Part shown: piece after piece, positions 1-9,213 of the stretch | How the letters are laid out: the number at the start of each line of letters is the position of its first letter | Numbering within the stretch: position 1 is the first letter of the stretch | Origin: a virus | Lineage: Duplodnaviria; Caudoviricetes | IMG/VR virus record: IMGVR_UViG_3300014590_000001 | Location: 96,001 to 160,000 of that record | Length of the DNA stretch: 64,000 bases | Reading direction: 5' to 3' (one strand) | The notes under the pieces: model-generated | Told to the model about the DNA's origin: nothing | The model's database searches: none | What the model saw: the letters and a program-made list of their open reading frames with translations, nothing else | Translations under genes and position numbers: made by a program

Positions 1-288
1 AAACACGTCATCGCTGTACCAACGATCCTTATCTTCTTTCTGCCAGTATTCATCCGCGAAACGAATCAGGCGATCATCCAGACGCGTGTGACCGAAATTG
101 TACGCCATAAGTTTCTTTGCAATTGTTGCCAGCAAAGAACTTTTACCGCTACCGTTTTCACCAACGAGCACATTGATTTTATCATGGACGAATTCAAACT
201 CTCGATTTGCGAGAATCTCTGAACGTTTATTTTGCCGCTCGTCAACAAAGTGGTGAAGTGAATCACCAACAACAATTTTATTCAGCAT
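1..288 (-). CDS. ABC/AAA-type P-loop ATPase, N-terminal part (runs off the window)
   Basis: Not in the ORF track. Manual translation from ATG 288: MLNKIVVG...KINVLVGENGSGKSSLL, Walker A GENGSGKS; open to base 1. Confidence 0.8.
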   Translation of the reverse strand, partial: MLNKIVVGDSLHHFVDERQNKRSEILANREFEFVHDKINVLVGENGSGKSSLLATIAKKLMAYNFGHTRLDDRLIRFADEYWQKEDKDRWYSDDVF

Positions 289-297
289 CGCTTTTCC

Positions 298-1158
298 TTA
301 CAGGCAAGGATCGCCGCAGTTAGTGCAACCGCCGCCCCAATTGTTTCGGTCTTCATTGTCGCAGCACTTCTCTTCACCCTCTACTTCAATTTGTGAAGAG
401 TTATCACCGCAGCTAACGCAATCGCCCCAAACGGTTCGGTCTTCATTTTCGCAGCACTTCTTTTCACCTTCTACTTCAATCTGCGCAGAGGTATCGCCGC
501 ACATAATACACTTGCCCTTGTAGTCAAGACTCATGCTTTCGCAGCATTTATCTTCTTCCACGTTACCGCAGTTCTCACACTTGCTGTCAAACGTCACACA
601 CGGATCGGCGCAGCATTCATTACCTGTACGCAAATCCACTTTCACATAATGGCGCTTGTAGTTCACCGGAATTTCATCAACCGTTTCTGCGATGTTTTTC
701 GCAACTACTTCGTTGCCAAACTGACGCGCCAGTTCTTTGTGTTCCGGATCGATAAACTGAATCTTCACGCCCGTCTTGCCGTAGTTAGGAGCAAATCCAG
801 TAACGTAAATTGGAAACGCCTGTTTGTCGTGCGTGAGGAAATAGAATTCACGCTGATACTTTACAATCTTTACGCAGCCATTAACATCGCGTCCGTGGAG
901 AATACCGTTACGATTTGAAACAATGCGACGAGCGCGGCGATACTGGTGACGTTCGTACCAACGTTTTTGATCTTGTTCCGCAACAAACTCTGCGTGTGCT
1001 GGCTGCAAGTGTGGGTTGAATTTACGAGCGTGACGCGCCAGATCTTTAAATTCAGGTTCACGGGAAATTTCGAATGCCCCAATGCCAGCCAGATTTAAAA
1101 GACGCACATAAATATCTTTATCAAGCACAACAACTTTATCGTTCAGATTCTTCTTCAT
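298..1158 (-). CDS. Hypothetical protein with four C-terminal Cys-rich CC-x10/11-CxxCG repeats
   Basis: Start re-assigned to MKKNLND (AAGGA upstream); repeats visible in translation. Confidence 0.8.
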   Translation of the reverse strand: MKKNLNDKVVVLDKDIYVRLLNLAGIGAFEISREPEFKDLARHARKFNPHLQPAHAEFVAEQDQKRWYERHQYRRARRIVSNRNGILHGRDVNGCVKIVKYQREFYFLTHDKQAFPIYVTGFAPNYGKTGVKIQFIDPEHKELARQFGNEVVAKNIAETVDEIPVNYKRHYVKVDLRTGNECCADPCVTFDSKCENCGNVEEDKCCESMSLDYKGKCIMCGDTSAQIEVEGEKKCCENEDRTVWGDCVSCGDNSSQIEVEGEEKCCDNEDRNNWGGGCTNCGDPCL

Positions 1159-1264
1159 CTTCGTATCCTTCGTTATCGTCAATTTCTTTGCAGTGCTCGC
1201 AGTTGCGCATATAAACAGGCTTGCCGCATTCAGAGCAATAGGTATTAGAACAGGAGCCGCACAT
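1136..1264 (-). CDS. 42-aa Cys-rich mini-protein
   Basis: Manual translation MCGSCSNTYCSECGKPVYMRNCEHCKEIDDNEGYEDEEESER; three CxxC; ATG just after the upstream stop. Confidence 0.65.
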   Translation of the reverse strand: MCGSCSNTYCSECGKPVYMRNCEHCKEIDDNEGYEDEEESER

Positions 1265-1265
1265 A

Positions 1266-1502
1266 TCAATCCTTTTGAATTAAATATCGAGACAGGCGAT
1301 CACCGGATGAACATTTATATAAATATTTTTTGTAGGGTTCGCTTTCCATAATAACAGCGCCAATGATGATTGTATCGCGGTCTACAAGATACTCACCCGT
1401 CGTCTTGCAGTTGTATTGAACCAACTGTTCCTGAGAATAATTCATATCGCTCGGTTGGTCACAACCTGCCAACAGTAACACAAGAAACAGAAACTTTTTC
1501 AT
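1266..1502 (-). CDS. Small lipoprotein
   Basis: Signal peptide with lipobox LLLAG-C. Confidence 0.8.
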   Translation of the reverse strand: MKKFLFLVLLLAGCDQPSDMNYSQEQLVQYNCKTTGEYLVDRDTIIIGAVIMESEPYKKYLYKCSSGDRLSRYLIQKD

Positions 1503-1672
1503 CGACGTTTCACCACAATATAATAAGCCAACATCAGGAAAGCGAACACGCAGGTATTCGCCGCCGTAGCTTTAAAAACGTTGTCGGAAACTTCAAGCAC
1601 TAATGCACCGATTCCGAAAGCGATCCAGTATGCTGGAATACAGAATACCAGAAACAGTAGAAATTTTACCAT
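1499..1672 (-). CDS. 57-aa two-helix membrane protein
   Basis: Manual translation MVKFLLFLVFCIPAYWIAFGIGALVL...FAFLMLAYYIVVKRR; ATGA overlap with the next gene. Confidence 0.7.
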   Translation of the reverse strand: MVKFLLFLVFCIPAYWIAFGIGALVLEVSDNVFKATAANTCVFAFLMLAYYIVVKRR

Positions 1673-2250
1673 TTGAATTTGCTCAACAAACGAGTACCAG
1701 AAATTTCATACACGGCATTCGGCAAATCTTTGTGGGACACACCAATATAACTTTGAGTACGCTCTTTCACCCACTGATCGAACGGCATATATTTTTCTAC
1801 GCGTGTGCAACTGCCGTCACCGGATTTATGGAACCAGAATTCCCAATATCCGTTTTCGTCTTCGGAGTAAAGCAGGAAGTCATCATAGTGGTGCATCTGT
1901 ACTTTATCAAAATGAGTGCGCGATACTAACAGCAGTTCTTCAATATATTTTACTGCGCCGCGATAGTGATCGTCAGTGTCACAACCTTCCGATTCCAACA
2001 GCGCTCTTGCTTCCGGAGTAACAAAGCGACTTTCCAGAAGTAGATCGTTTACTTCGAAACAGTCAGTCACGTCCTGCAAAATACTCAGGCCATAGTAAGG
2101 CAAAAGAAATGCGCGTGAATTTTCCGCTTCTGCGACTTCGATAAATTCTTGCAGTGTGCCGACGTGAACACTTTCAACGCACGAGTTCATCGGGATGCCG
2201 CCGAAAGTTTGAAACGCTTCTTTGAAACTTGAAATTTCGTTGAGTTCCAT
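1666..2250 (-). CDS. Hypothetical protein
   Basis: ORF with GGAGG RBS. Confidence 0.75.
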   Translation of the reverse strand: MELNEISSFKEAFQTFGGIPMNSCVESVHVGTLQEFIEVAEAENSRAFLLPYYGLSILQDVTDCFEVNDLLLESRFVTPEARALLESEGCDTDDHYRGAVKYIEELLLVSRTHFDKVQMHHYDDFLLYSEDENGYWEFWFHKSGDGSCTRVEKYMPFDQWVKERTQSYIGVSHKDLPNAVYEISGTRLLSKFKW

Positions 2251-2261
2251 TTTTCCTCCAG

Positions 2262-2299
2262 AAAGTAAAATAGGCCACCGACGGATGCCAGTAGCCTAT
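2262..2299 (-). terminator. Intrinsic terminator
   Basis: TAGGCTACTGG...GTCGGTGGCCTA followed by TTTTACTTT on the minus strand. Confidence 0.65.
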
Positions 2300-2303
2300 C
2301 TAT

Positions 2304-2313
2304 TATTTACAGT
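2304..2313 (-). promoter_or_regulatory. CTGTAAATA motif (candidate late/phage-sigma promoter), overlapping a stop codon
   Basis: ACTGTAAATA; same 10-mer at 7742, 9946, 16327, 34894, 34939 and 40871. Confidence 0.55.
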
Positions 2314-2780
2314 TTTTTGTAGCGGCTTCTCAGAGTCTCTCTGTAGCTGGATATACTCTGGCTTGCCTCACGATCCCTGTCATCCCTGCGCAGAGGCTGG
2401 ACGTGTACCCGCACGTAACGCAGAGCATCAACCATTTGCGGAAATTCACTCAGCCAAGTTTCGGCAGTTTGAAGTTCCTGAAAATAGCGATACTCTCTGT
2501 CCAAACGTTCCTTATCTTCTTTGTTCAGACAGGCGCGAGCAATATGCCCGATTCCACGTCGAAACTTTCGAAGTACAAAACGAATGAAACGAAAAGCCAC
2601 GTTTGGCGGGAACGGTTCGAGCGCATTGTGAACCTGACTGTAAACATGCTTGTCGCAATATTTACAGCGCCACTCACTACGCGCAAAGTTTGCTTCATCA
2701 CCATGAATAGTTCGGAACAAAGTGTAGTCATGTTCCTCGCACATCAAAGTTTTGAAAACATGCTTGATGAACTTGATCAT
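2307..2780 (-). CDS. Hypothetical protein with Zn-binding-like CxxH/CxxC motifs
   Basis: CEEH...WRCKYCDKH. Confidence 0.7.
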   Translation of the reverse strand: MIKFIKHVFKTLMCEEHDYTLFRTIHGDEANFARSEWRCKYCDKHVYSQVHNALEPFPPNVAFRFIRFVLRKFRRGIGHIARACLNKEDKERLDREYRYFQELQTAETWLSEFPQMVDALRYVRVHVQPLRRDDRDREASQSISSYRETLRSRYKKL

Positions 2781-3184
2781 TCAATCACCATCAAACCCTG
2801 ATTGATACTGACTGTAGGAACAGCAGCGCTCGTTACAATCGCACCGTAAGAGTTATCAGAGCGAACGTAAATGATCGTGCCTGGGAAGATCGCCATATCA
2901 TGCCCGTCGATATTTGCATTCAACACCAGATAATCGAATCCGTGAATGATCGAGAATGGAAGACCGTTAGGAAACATTTTAGGCAACACATGTTTCTCTA
3001 AACGCTCTTTCAGATCGTTGTAGCGATGATCCGGTTCGCCATCAGCAGGAGCATCGGCAACATCCAGCGCAGCGATACTGAAGAATTGATCCGACTCTGG
3101 CCCGTTGGCGAGCATTTCGTTGAAGTTGAATTTAACTGCGCCAACAACGTAGCTATTATTTTTTCCGGTTCCGAAACCTGTCAT
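2777..3184 (-). CDS. Hypothetical protein
   Basis: ORF tightly packed with its neighbours. Confidence 0.7.
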   Translation of the reverse strand: MTGFGTGKNNSYVVGAVKFNFNEMLANGPESDQFFSIAALDVADAPADGEPDHRYNDLKERLEKHVLPKMFPNGLPFSIIHGFDYLVLNANIDGHDMAIFPGTIIYVRSDNSYGAIVTSAAVPTVSINQGLMVIE

Positions 3185-3187
3185 GAT

Positions 3188-3556
3188 TTATCCCAAAATA
3201 GAAATGCGATAATCGCGCCCAAACAAATCGCCCTGCGAAGGAGTCCACGGGAACACTTTGTTTTGCGTTGTTTTGATAACAGCAAATGGCGCGAAAGTTC
3301 CATCGGCAGCCGCGTTGTTATCAGCCATGCGGAAATACGGATTTTGCGGATCGGCATCTTTAGAATCGTTTGGATGCGGAGCATATGGAACCAATACGCG
3401 AACATATTGATCGGCACCGTTCCAACCTTCACGATCCAGAATCAAAGTTTGGCCAGGCTGCAATCCTTCAACATTAGATTGAAGAAGAGTTGACCATGCT
3501 TTTCCGAAATCCATTCCTTCTAAGATTACTTTTTTGTTCATTTGTTTCTCCATCAA
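3188..3556 (-). CDS. DUF2829 / Tad2-like (Thoeris anti-defence) family protein
   Basis: MDFGKA...REGWNG...PWTPSQGDLFGRDY matches the family pattern MxFGxA...RxGWNG...WxPSQxDxxAxDW. Confidence 0.75.
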   Translation of the reverse strand: MMEKQMNKKVILEGMDFGKAWSTLLQSNVEGLQPGQTLILDREGWNGADQYVRVLVPYAPHPNDSKDADPQNPYFRMADNNAAADGTFAPFAVIKTTQNKVFPWTPSQGDLFGRDYRISILG

Positions 3557-4203
3557 TTATTGGATTTTTCTTTTCCATAAAAAGCATCCCAACCGCCGAC
3601 AGGTTCAATGAAAACCCCGTCCACACGATCAATGGAATGGCGTAACCAACGCTCGTTGATTTCGTTGTAGCCTTTGGTGTCGCGATATTCATCTACCGTG
3701 ATATTAATATCGTACATGATCTTTCCTGCGACATACGCAACGCCCCAAATAAGAACAGGGATTGCAGCAGGATTATACTCACCAATAACATCCTGTAGAT
3801 CAAACGTAACCGTGTCACCGATTTGATGTGCCGCGTGTGGCAACTCTGGCATACTTTCTTTCATCGGATTACTTACCAATGAATTTTCATGCGCCTTGAG
3901 AATCTTTTCGCTTACGCCAATCATCGGACGCAAACTATGGAAACAATACTCAGGGTTTTCTTTTGTGCCAAAGTTAACTGCAATTGCCACCGTGTAGTTG
4001 ATGCCGTCCGGAGTAAAATCAATTCCTTCAATACGTCCGAGCGGAAGATCACCAAACACGTCAAGCGTTAACTGCGCATGTTCACCGATTGCAAACGCAC
4101 TCGAATAATTTACATGCTCTTTGCGCAAGCCTAGTTCTGCAATTGCTTCAGGCGTTGCGTTGTTAACTGCATTATTTACGGCGTTTAGGGTTTTGCTTTT
4201 CAT
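3553..4203 (-). CDS. Hypothetical protein with two tandem beta-rich (SH3/Tudor-like) repeats
   Basis: FAIGEHA...INYTVAI and HQIGDTV...IMYDINI. Confidence 0.7.
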   Translation of the reverse strand: MKSKTLNAVNNAVNNATPEAIAELGLRKEHVNYSSAFAIGEHAQLTLDVFGDLPLGRIEGIDFTPDGINYTVAIAVNFGTKENPEYCFHSLRPMIGVSEKILKAHENSLVSNPMKESMPELPHAAHQIGDTVTFDLQDVIGEYNPAAIPVLIWGVAYVAGKIMYDINITVDEYRDTKGYNEINERWLRHSIDRVDGVFIEPVGGWDAFYGKEKSNN

Positions 4204-4263
4204 GGTACATTCCTCAGTTGGAATTAGGCTAACGAACTTATGAACGTTAGCACTATTGGTAAA

Positions 4264-4524
4264 TTAAATTGGGTTTTGCATAACCCATAGTTTGCAGCGA
4301 GAAACAATTTCCGCTGCAACGTTACGATCCACGTCAGCATCCATCAGAGCATTTTCAATATCTGAAATTGTCTGAAAATCCCAACGAAGATTTTTACGTG
4401 CGGTGCTAATGAACTCAGGCCAATTGATTGGAGTTTGGTTTTGCACAATGACGCGATCAACAACTACGTCGAGAGGCAGACCATGAGTGGCCTTTAATTC
4501 GAAAGCTGTTTTGCCAGAAAACAT
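4264..4524 (-). CDS. Small protein resembling the alanyl-tRNA synthetase helical subdomain
   Basis: FSGKTAFELKATHGLPLDVV resembles the AlaRS motif GxxAFxLYDTYGFPxDL. Confidence 0.65.
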   Translation of the reverse strand: MFSGKTAFELKATHGLPLDVVVDRVIVQNQTPINWPEFISTARKNLRWDFQTISDIENALMDADVDRNVAAEIVSRCKLWVMQNPI

Positions 4525-4533
4525 TTTGTCTCC

Positions 4534-5250
4534 TTAGCGTTTGTTTCGACTTTGATTCATCAAATCATCGTCGATCATTTTAACGCGCTTACCAAACTCA
4601 CGAATGATATAACGCGGCAGATAGGTGTAAATCAAACTGTTCAGACCGCGAGTAGATCCCAGCATCGCGTAATAAGAACAGTCGCCGTTAATCCTACGCA
4701 GTTCTTCGTAAAGATTTCCGGAAGCTGGAATGAACGGCGCTGGCCCGACAGGAAGGAAAACTAATCTTTCCTCCCACATAAATTTATCGAGGCTACACAT
4801 CCACGAATACGCTTCAGCTTGCAACGCACAACGATAAATTTCGCAGTGCATATTCAGCGTGTATCCGGAATGGCTGTTACGGAAATCAGGTTTCGGGAAT
4901 TCCGTTGGCAACTGGTACGACAGATTGTGAGGCAGACCGATATGAACACCGTCTTTACCTAAACTCTGTTCGACATGCTCAACGAAGTTTTTGATCCACC
5001 GAATGCGTTGCTTCAGTTCAGGGTAATCATGTTTCGCGCCGACAAGGAACATATCATCGTTAGCCAGTTCGAGAATCGCATGTTTCGCATCAGCAAAATT
5101 GCGATACACTTCGATCTCGTCTTCGATATTCGTATCGTAAGGCATACGAATCAAATCTTTCATGCGCGACATGCGTTGCAAATTTTGGAGATACCACAAC
5201 ACGTAATGCAACTGATTCAGTTCGAAATTATGAGCGTGGCCTCTACGCAT
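4534..5250 (-). CDS. Hypothetical protein
   Basis: 238-aa ORF in operon. Confidence 0.7.
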   Translation of the reverse strand: MRRGHAHNFELNQLHYVLWYLQNLQRMSRMKDLIRMPYDTNIEDEIEVYRNFADAKHAILELANDDMFLVGAKHDYPELKQRIRWIKNFVEHVEQSLGKDGVHIGLPHNLSYQLPTEFPKPDFRNSHSGYTLNMHCEIYRCALQAEAYSWMCSLDKFMWEERLVFLPVGPAPFIPASGNLYEELRRINGDCSYYAMLGSTRGLNSLIYTYLPRYIIREFGKRVKMIDDDLMNQSRNKR

Positions 5251-5869
5251 TATTCACTCCGTATGCTTCGCGCAAATGATTCATTGCGTCAGTTTGAATT
5301 TGGAAGTAATGATCTTTTGCACGTTGCGTAAAATCAAACGACAGCGTTTCAGGCATATCTGAACAAAGAGAGTTTCGTTTAATACCCTCCATTTCCAGAC
5401 AGCCGATTTTGTGCAGCAACATTAAAGGCGCGTCTTGGAAAACACGCTCGTAGGCAGCACCGTTCTCATAGATAACGAGAAGGCTTGAGCTGTTATTCAT
5501 ACGGCGAGCGTCATCGTCCGTCATTTTCCATCCGGCAGCAATGCGGATTTCTTCTGGATTATCTTTCAACAATTCCGGAAGAAAGTTTCTATTCAGATCG
5601 CGAATGAGATCGCGCATAGAATATGAATTGCGGAGCAGACCCCATTTGTCGTCGATATCGACAGGCATATTTATGCCAGTAGCCCACGCAATAAAACCAC
5701 GCTGAATCAGTTCCATAAACTGATACTTAATCTGACTGTTCAGTTTAGCGAAGGTAACACCAAACTTATCTGCGCTAAACGTCATTCCTCTCTCAACAGC
5801 CTGATCGCTTAGTTTTGCAATAAGAACGGTTATGTCATATGAGACTTGCTGTGCAATCGAAATTGTCAT
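5243..5869 (-). CDS. Hypothetical protein
   Basis: 208-aa ORF with ATGA overlap. Confidence 0.7.
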   Translation of the reverse strand: MTISIAQQVSYDITVLIAKLSDQAVERGMTFSADKFGVTFAKLNSQIKYQFMELIQRGFIAWATGINMPVDIDDKWGLLRNSYSMRDLIRDLNRNFLPELLKDNPEEIRIAAGWKMTDDDARRMNNSSSLLVIYENGAAYERVFQDAPLMLLHKIGCLEMEGIKRNSLCSDMPETLSFDFTQRAKDHYFQIQTDAMNHLREAYGVNNA

Positions 5870-6225
5870 TTCATTATACCGATTGAGCGATTGGCTTCCA
5901 GCAATTCTAGCGCCACGATTGTGTGGGCTTGCTGCGAACCGAAACGCAGAGTAAGAAGTTTAATGCGCGTCTGTACAAACAGATTCTGGATACGCAAAAA
6001 TTCTTCCAGAATTGCTTCGTCAGAATTTCCATGAGGCGCACACGCCAACTGACCACGAGCAGAATGCTCAATGCCGTGTCGTTGTTGTTCGCGACAAAGT
6101 GCGCCATATTCTGCATCGAAACGATTTGCCATAGCGTACATAGCATCGACCAGTTTCACACTTTTGGAACCCAACAGATCGGCATTGTTTTGCGGGAAAC
6201 GAACTTCAGCCATTTTGTTTTCCAT
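5866..6225 (-). CDS. Hypothetical protein
   Basis: ORF in operon. Confidence 0.65.
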   Translation of the reverse strand: MENKMAEVRFPQNNADLLGSKSVKLVDAMYAMANRFDAEYGALCREQQRHGIEHSARGQLACAPHGNSDEAILEEFLRIQNLFVQTRIKLLTLRFGSQQAHTIVALELLEANRSIGIMK

Positions 6226-6940
6226 AACGTGCGTTCAGTTCTTTGACGATACGAACTACCGGACTGTAGAAACTGTCACGCATTTCCTGTCCGAAAGTAA
6301 TACCGCCGTCCTGTTTGTGTTTGAACGAAACCGTATTGTTTAGAATCGACCAGTAGAAAGCATCACGCCAGTACGGTGCAGACATTTGAGTACCGTCTTT
6401 AAAGATGGTAAGCAGTTCAGCATGAGGTGGATCGTTTGGCATGTTGTGGTTGAAGATACAACGCGCAATAGCACACTTGAGGATTCGTTCATCTTCGTTT
6501 TGTGCAAAGAACTCGTCCAGTTGTGCGTTAATGGATTCAAACGCGCTTGCACTATTCAGCTTGCGCATTTCATCGTTGTCTACGATAGGCTGAATGTAAT
6601 CGTATTGATTTTCCAGCACACGAATAGAAAACTCCGCGTCGAAGTGAACAGCCATCATCGCCATACTTGCCAGCGCTTCGTACCCGTAGTCAGACGTGCG
6701 ATCCATAAAGCGGCGCGGATAGGTGATCTGCATTTTGCTTTCGACCAGCGCCATCGGGAAGCCGCGAGTTTCAGTTTCTTTGCGCAGGATAGTGAACAGG
6801 TTTTCAATTTTCTGGACAGCAGAATGTACCAACAACTCAACCGGAGTTTTGATATCAACCGAAAAAGTTTGGGCTTCTTCGAGTGCTTCCATATCATTTG
6901 CAATACGGCAGTTGGTCATACCGCGATTTAATTGTTCCAT
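6206..6940 (-). CDS. Hypothetical protein
   Basis: 244-aa ORF. Confidence 0.7.
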   Translation of the reverse strand: MEQLNRGMTNCRIANDMEALEEAQTFSVDIKTPVELLVHSAVQKIENLFTILRKETETRGFPMALVESKMQITYPRRFMDRTSDYGYEALASMAMMAVHFDAEFSIRVLENQYDYIQPIVDNDEMRKLNSASAFESINAQLDEFFAQNEDERILKCAIARCIFNHNMPNDPPHAELLTIFKDGTQMSAPYWRDAFYWSILNNTVSFKHKQDGGITFGQEMRDSFYSPVVRIVKELNARYGKQNG

Positions 6941-6942
6941 TT

Positions 6943-7110
6943 TTATTTTGCCTTACGATAGTAGTAAACAGCGATCAGCGCAATGAGCGCCGCACTTACA
7001 GCAGGATAGCTTACGATAACTTTGAAGGTTAACGATACAACACCAGCGATAACGCCGATGAATACTGCGAGAAGAATACAAAAGAAAGTTGTGATACCTA
7101 CGTGGTTCAT
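6943..7110 (-). CDS. 55-aa two-helix membrane protein
   Basis: Manual translation MNHVGITTFFCILLAVFIGVIAGVVSLTFKVIVSYPAVSAALIALIAVYYYRKAK exactly fills the gap. Confidence 0.7.
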   Translation of the reverse strand: MNHVGITTFFCILLAVFIGVIAGVVSLTFKVIVSYPAVSAALIALIAVYYYRKAK

Positions 7111-7386
7111 TTAATTCACGCCTGATTGAATTGCTGCGTTAACGATATCCGCGAATTCTTCTGCGTCTTCGCGATCACCGACGATATAAACTTCGGTTCC
7201 CAAACCTTTAATGGTCGGGTACATATCCGAGACATAATGCTTCACGATCAGATGTTTTGTATCTGGCGTGTTTTCGTCAATCGTCTGCTTTATTTTCTTT
7301 TTAAGTGCAGCGAGATTTTCCGCATTATTGTTTTGTTCCAGCTTCTCAACTAAAGCCAGAATGTCATTCAGCTTCTTATTCGGCAT
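7111..7386 (-). CDS. Hypothetical protein
   Basis: Start re-assigned to MPNKKL. Confidence 0.65.
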   Translation of the reverse strand: MPNKKLNDILALVEKLEQNNNAENLAALKKKIKQTIDENTPDTKHLIVKHYVSDMYPTIKGLGTEVYIVGDREDAEEFADIVNAAIQSGVN

Positions 7387-7702
7387 CGACAACTTCTCCC
7401 ATTGCCAGAGTACCATTCAGACGGTCAATGCAGATCGCGACGTGGTTACGTTTCTCAATGAACGCACCAAACTGAATGAAGAAATCAAAAGTTGGATCTT
7501 TAACGGTTTCCAGAATCTCTACCGGAATATCACCGTTGTTCAGATACACGTCAACCGTGAGTGGATGATCAAGGTTCAGCATTTCGATCAACATTTCTTC
7601 ATTCAGCAGCGAGATAACACGTTCCATAACTTTGACGCTTGCTGCCTGTGAGAAATCGTAGACAACTGGTTTTGCCGTGCGTAAGTCATTAACTGTAATC
7701 AT
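7376..7702 (-). CDS. Hypothetical protein
   Basis: GGAG RBS before ATG 7702. Confidence 0.65.
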   Translation of the reverse strand: MITVNDLRTAKPVVYDFSQAASVKVMERVISLLNEEMLIEMLNLDHPLTVDVYLNNGDIPVEILETVKDPTFDFFIQFGAFIEKRNHVAICIDRLNGTLAMGEVVDAE

Positions 7703-7712
7703 AAGTTTCTCC

Positions 7713-7742
7713 AAAAGAAAAGGGATGCACTACACATCCCTT
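7713..7742 (-). terminator. Intrinsic terminator
   Basis: AAGGGATG...CATCCCTT followed by TTCTTTT. Confidence 0.7.
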
Positions 7743-7753
7743 ATTTACAGTTA

Positions 7754-8767
7754 TTAGAATTCTGAATAGTCGATCCAATCTGCGCAGTCGGCAACAGCAA
7801 ACACATCAATGTCGTCGATGGTAAGCATCATCATATCGTGTTCGTGTTTGAAGACAGGCACAAACGAATCAGTACCGTAAAGATACAACGCCAGATCGCG
7901 AGACAGATTAACATAACCGCCGTTGCCGTCTGCGCGAACGTTCACAATATCCAGCCCGTCATGGTGAGTAGACGGCGCAACGAATGCCGCAACCAAATCA
8001 AAGTTTGGAAGTTGCGAACGATGCGGTGCCAGAATTTCATTGAACTTTGTTGCGAGCATTTGCAGAGTGATATTGCCACTGATTTCAGGCAACACGATTT
8101 CCAGACCGCTCTGAGTCGTGTGAATGTTCAGTTCCAGTTTGTGACCAGCAGCTTCCGCAGCGAGATACGCAGATACCAAAGAGTTTGGACGATAAAACTC
8201 ACTGAGATTTACGCCAGCGCATTCAACCTGAATTCCGGTACGAGTGAATACGTGATTCACGTTTGGAATCATGTTGAACTTTTCTTTCAGTTCGTTATAG
8301 ATCGGAGTGATGATTGATTGCGCCTGTTCGCGCAACTCGTAAAACTTATCACGCGCTTCGAGGTTCCATTTGCGATCACTAACCAGCACAACTGTATCAG
8401 GAGTTGTGAAGACTTCAATATCGTCATGCAGATCCAGCATGTTGCGAAGAATTTGATCAGGAAAAGGCAGGACGAGAGCAACCGAATATGCTTTCTGTGC
8501 GTCAGATCCTCCTACAACTAACGTGATACGGCGATCCTGTTTTTCCAGCAGCACATCTAAAACTTCTTTGCATACTGCCGTCATTGGATCGGTTTCCGGA
8601 TTCGCTTCTTTCCACTGGCGAGAGGAATAGATTTCAGGCAGATAAATTTCAGGTTCGTGAATACGATTCACCTGTTCATCAGTCGGCTGATCTTCTCTGC
8701 GCTTCTGTTCGTGCCAGTTTGCCATCTTCTTTTTCAATTCGTTTGGAATATTCATTTTACCGTCCAC
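7754..8767 (-). CDS. Hypothetical protein
   Basis: 337-aa ORF. Confidence 0.75.
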   Translation of the reverse strand: MDGKMNIPNELKKKMANWHEQKRREDQPTDEQVNRIHEPEIYLPEIYSSRQWKEANPETDPMTAVCKEVLDVLLEKQDRRITLVVGGSDAQKAYSVALVLPFPDQILRNMLDLHDDIEVFTTPDTVVLVSDRKWNLEARDKFYELREQAQSIITPIYNELKEKFNMIPNVNHVFTRTGIQVECAGVNLSEFYRPNSLVSAYLAAEAAGHKLELNIHTTQSGLEIVLPEISGNITLQMLATKFNEILAPHRSQLPNFDLVAAFVAPSTHHDGLDIVNVRADGNGGYVNLSRDLALYLYGTDSFVPVFKHEHDMMMLTIDDIDVFAVADCADWIDYSEF

Positions 8768-9213
8768 TTGAATGCTGAAGTTTTCTTATCTACTTCACCT
8801 AAGAAGGAATCCCAATGCGGCTTTTCCTGAACTTCAAATAACGCCGCTGTATTGTAATTGATTTCGTGCTCTGCCAGCCCCAAATAATAATCACGCAACC
8901 AGATAAATGCCAACATCAGAGATTTCCAGACTTCACTTTCCGTCGGATAAATTCTGGTGCGCATTTCTTTGCCACCGTGGAAATCCATTAGAACGCGAAC
9001 AGCATTGACGTGTTTTTTATTTTCATCAATCACTTCAGTTTCGCGAGCGTAGATACTAAACATTTGGCGAATATCTACGGCAAGAGATTGCACACTGTTC
9101 GAAGTTGAAATAACTCGAATATGACCGTTGTAACTGTGCCATCCGTACTTGCGCAGAAACTCTTCAACGACATGCGGATCGGTGCTGCCGTTCAGTTCGA
9201 TTTTATTTTCCAT
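8752..9213 (-). CDS. Hypothetical protein
   Basis: Start re-assigned to MENKIEL. Confidence 0.65.
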   Translation of the reverse strand: MENKIELNGSTDPHVVEEFLRKYGWHSYNGHIRVISTSNSVQSLAVDIRQMFSIYARETEVIDENKKHVNAVRVLMDFHGGKEMRTRIYPTESEVWKSLMLAFIWLRDYYLGLAEHEINYNTAALFEVQEKPHWDSFLGEVDKKTSAFKWTVK

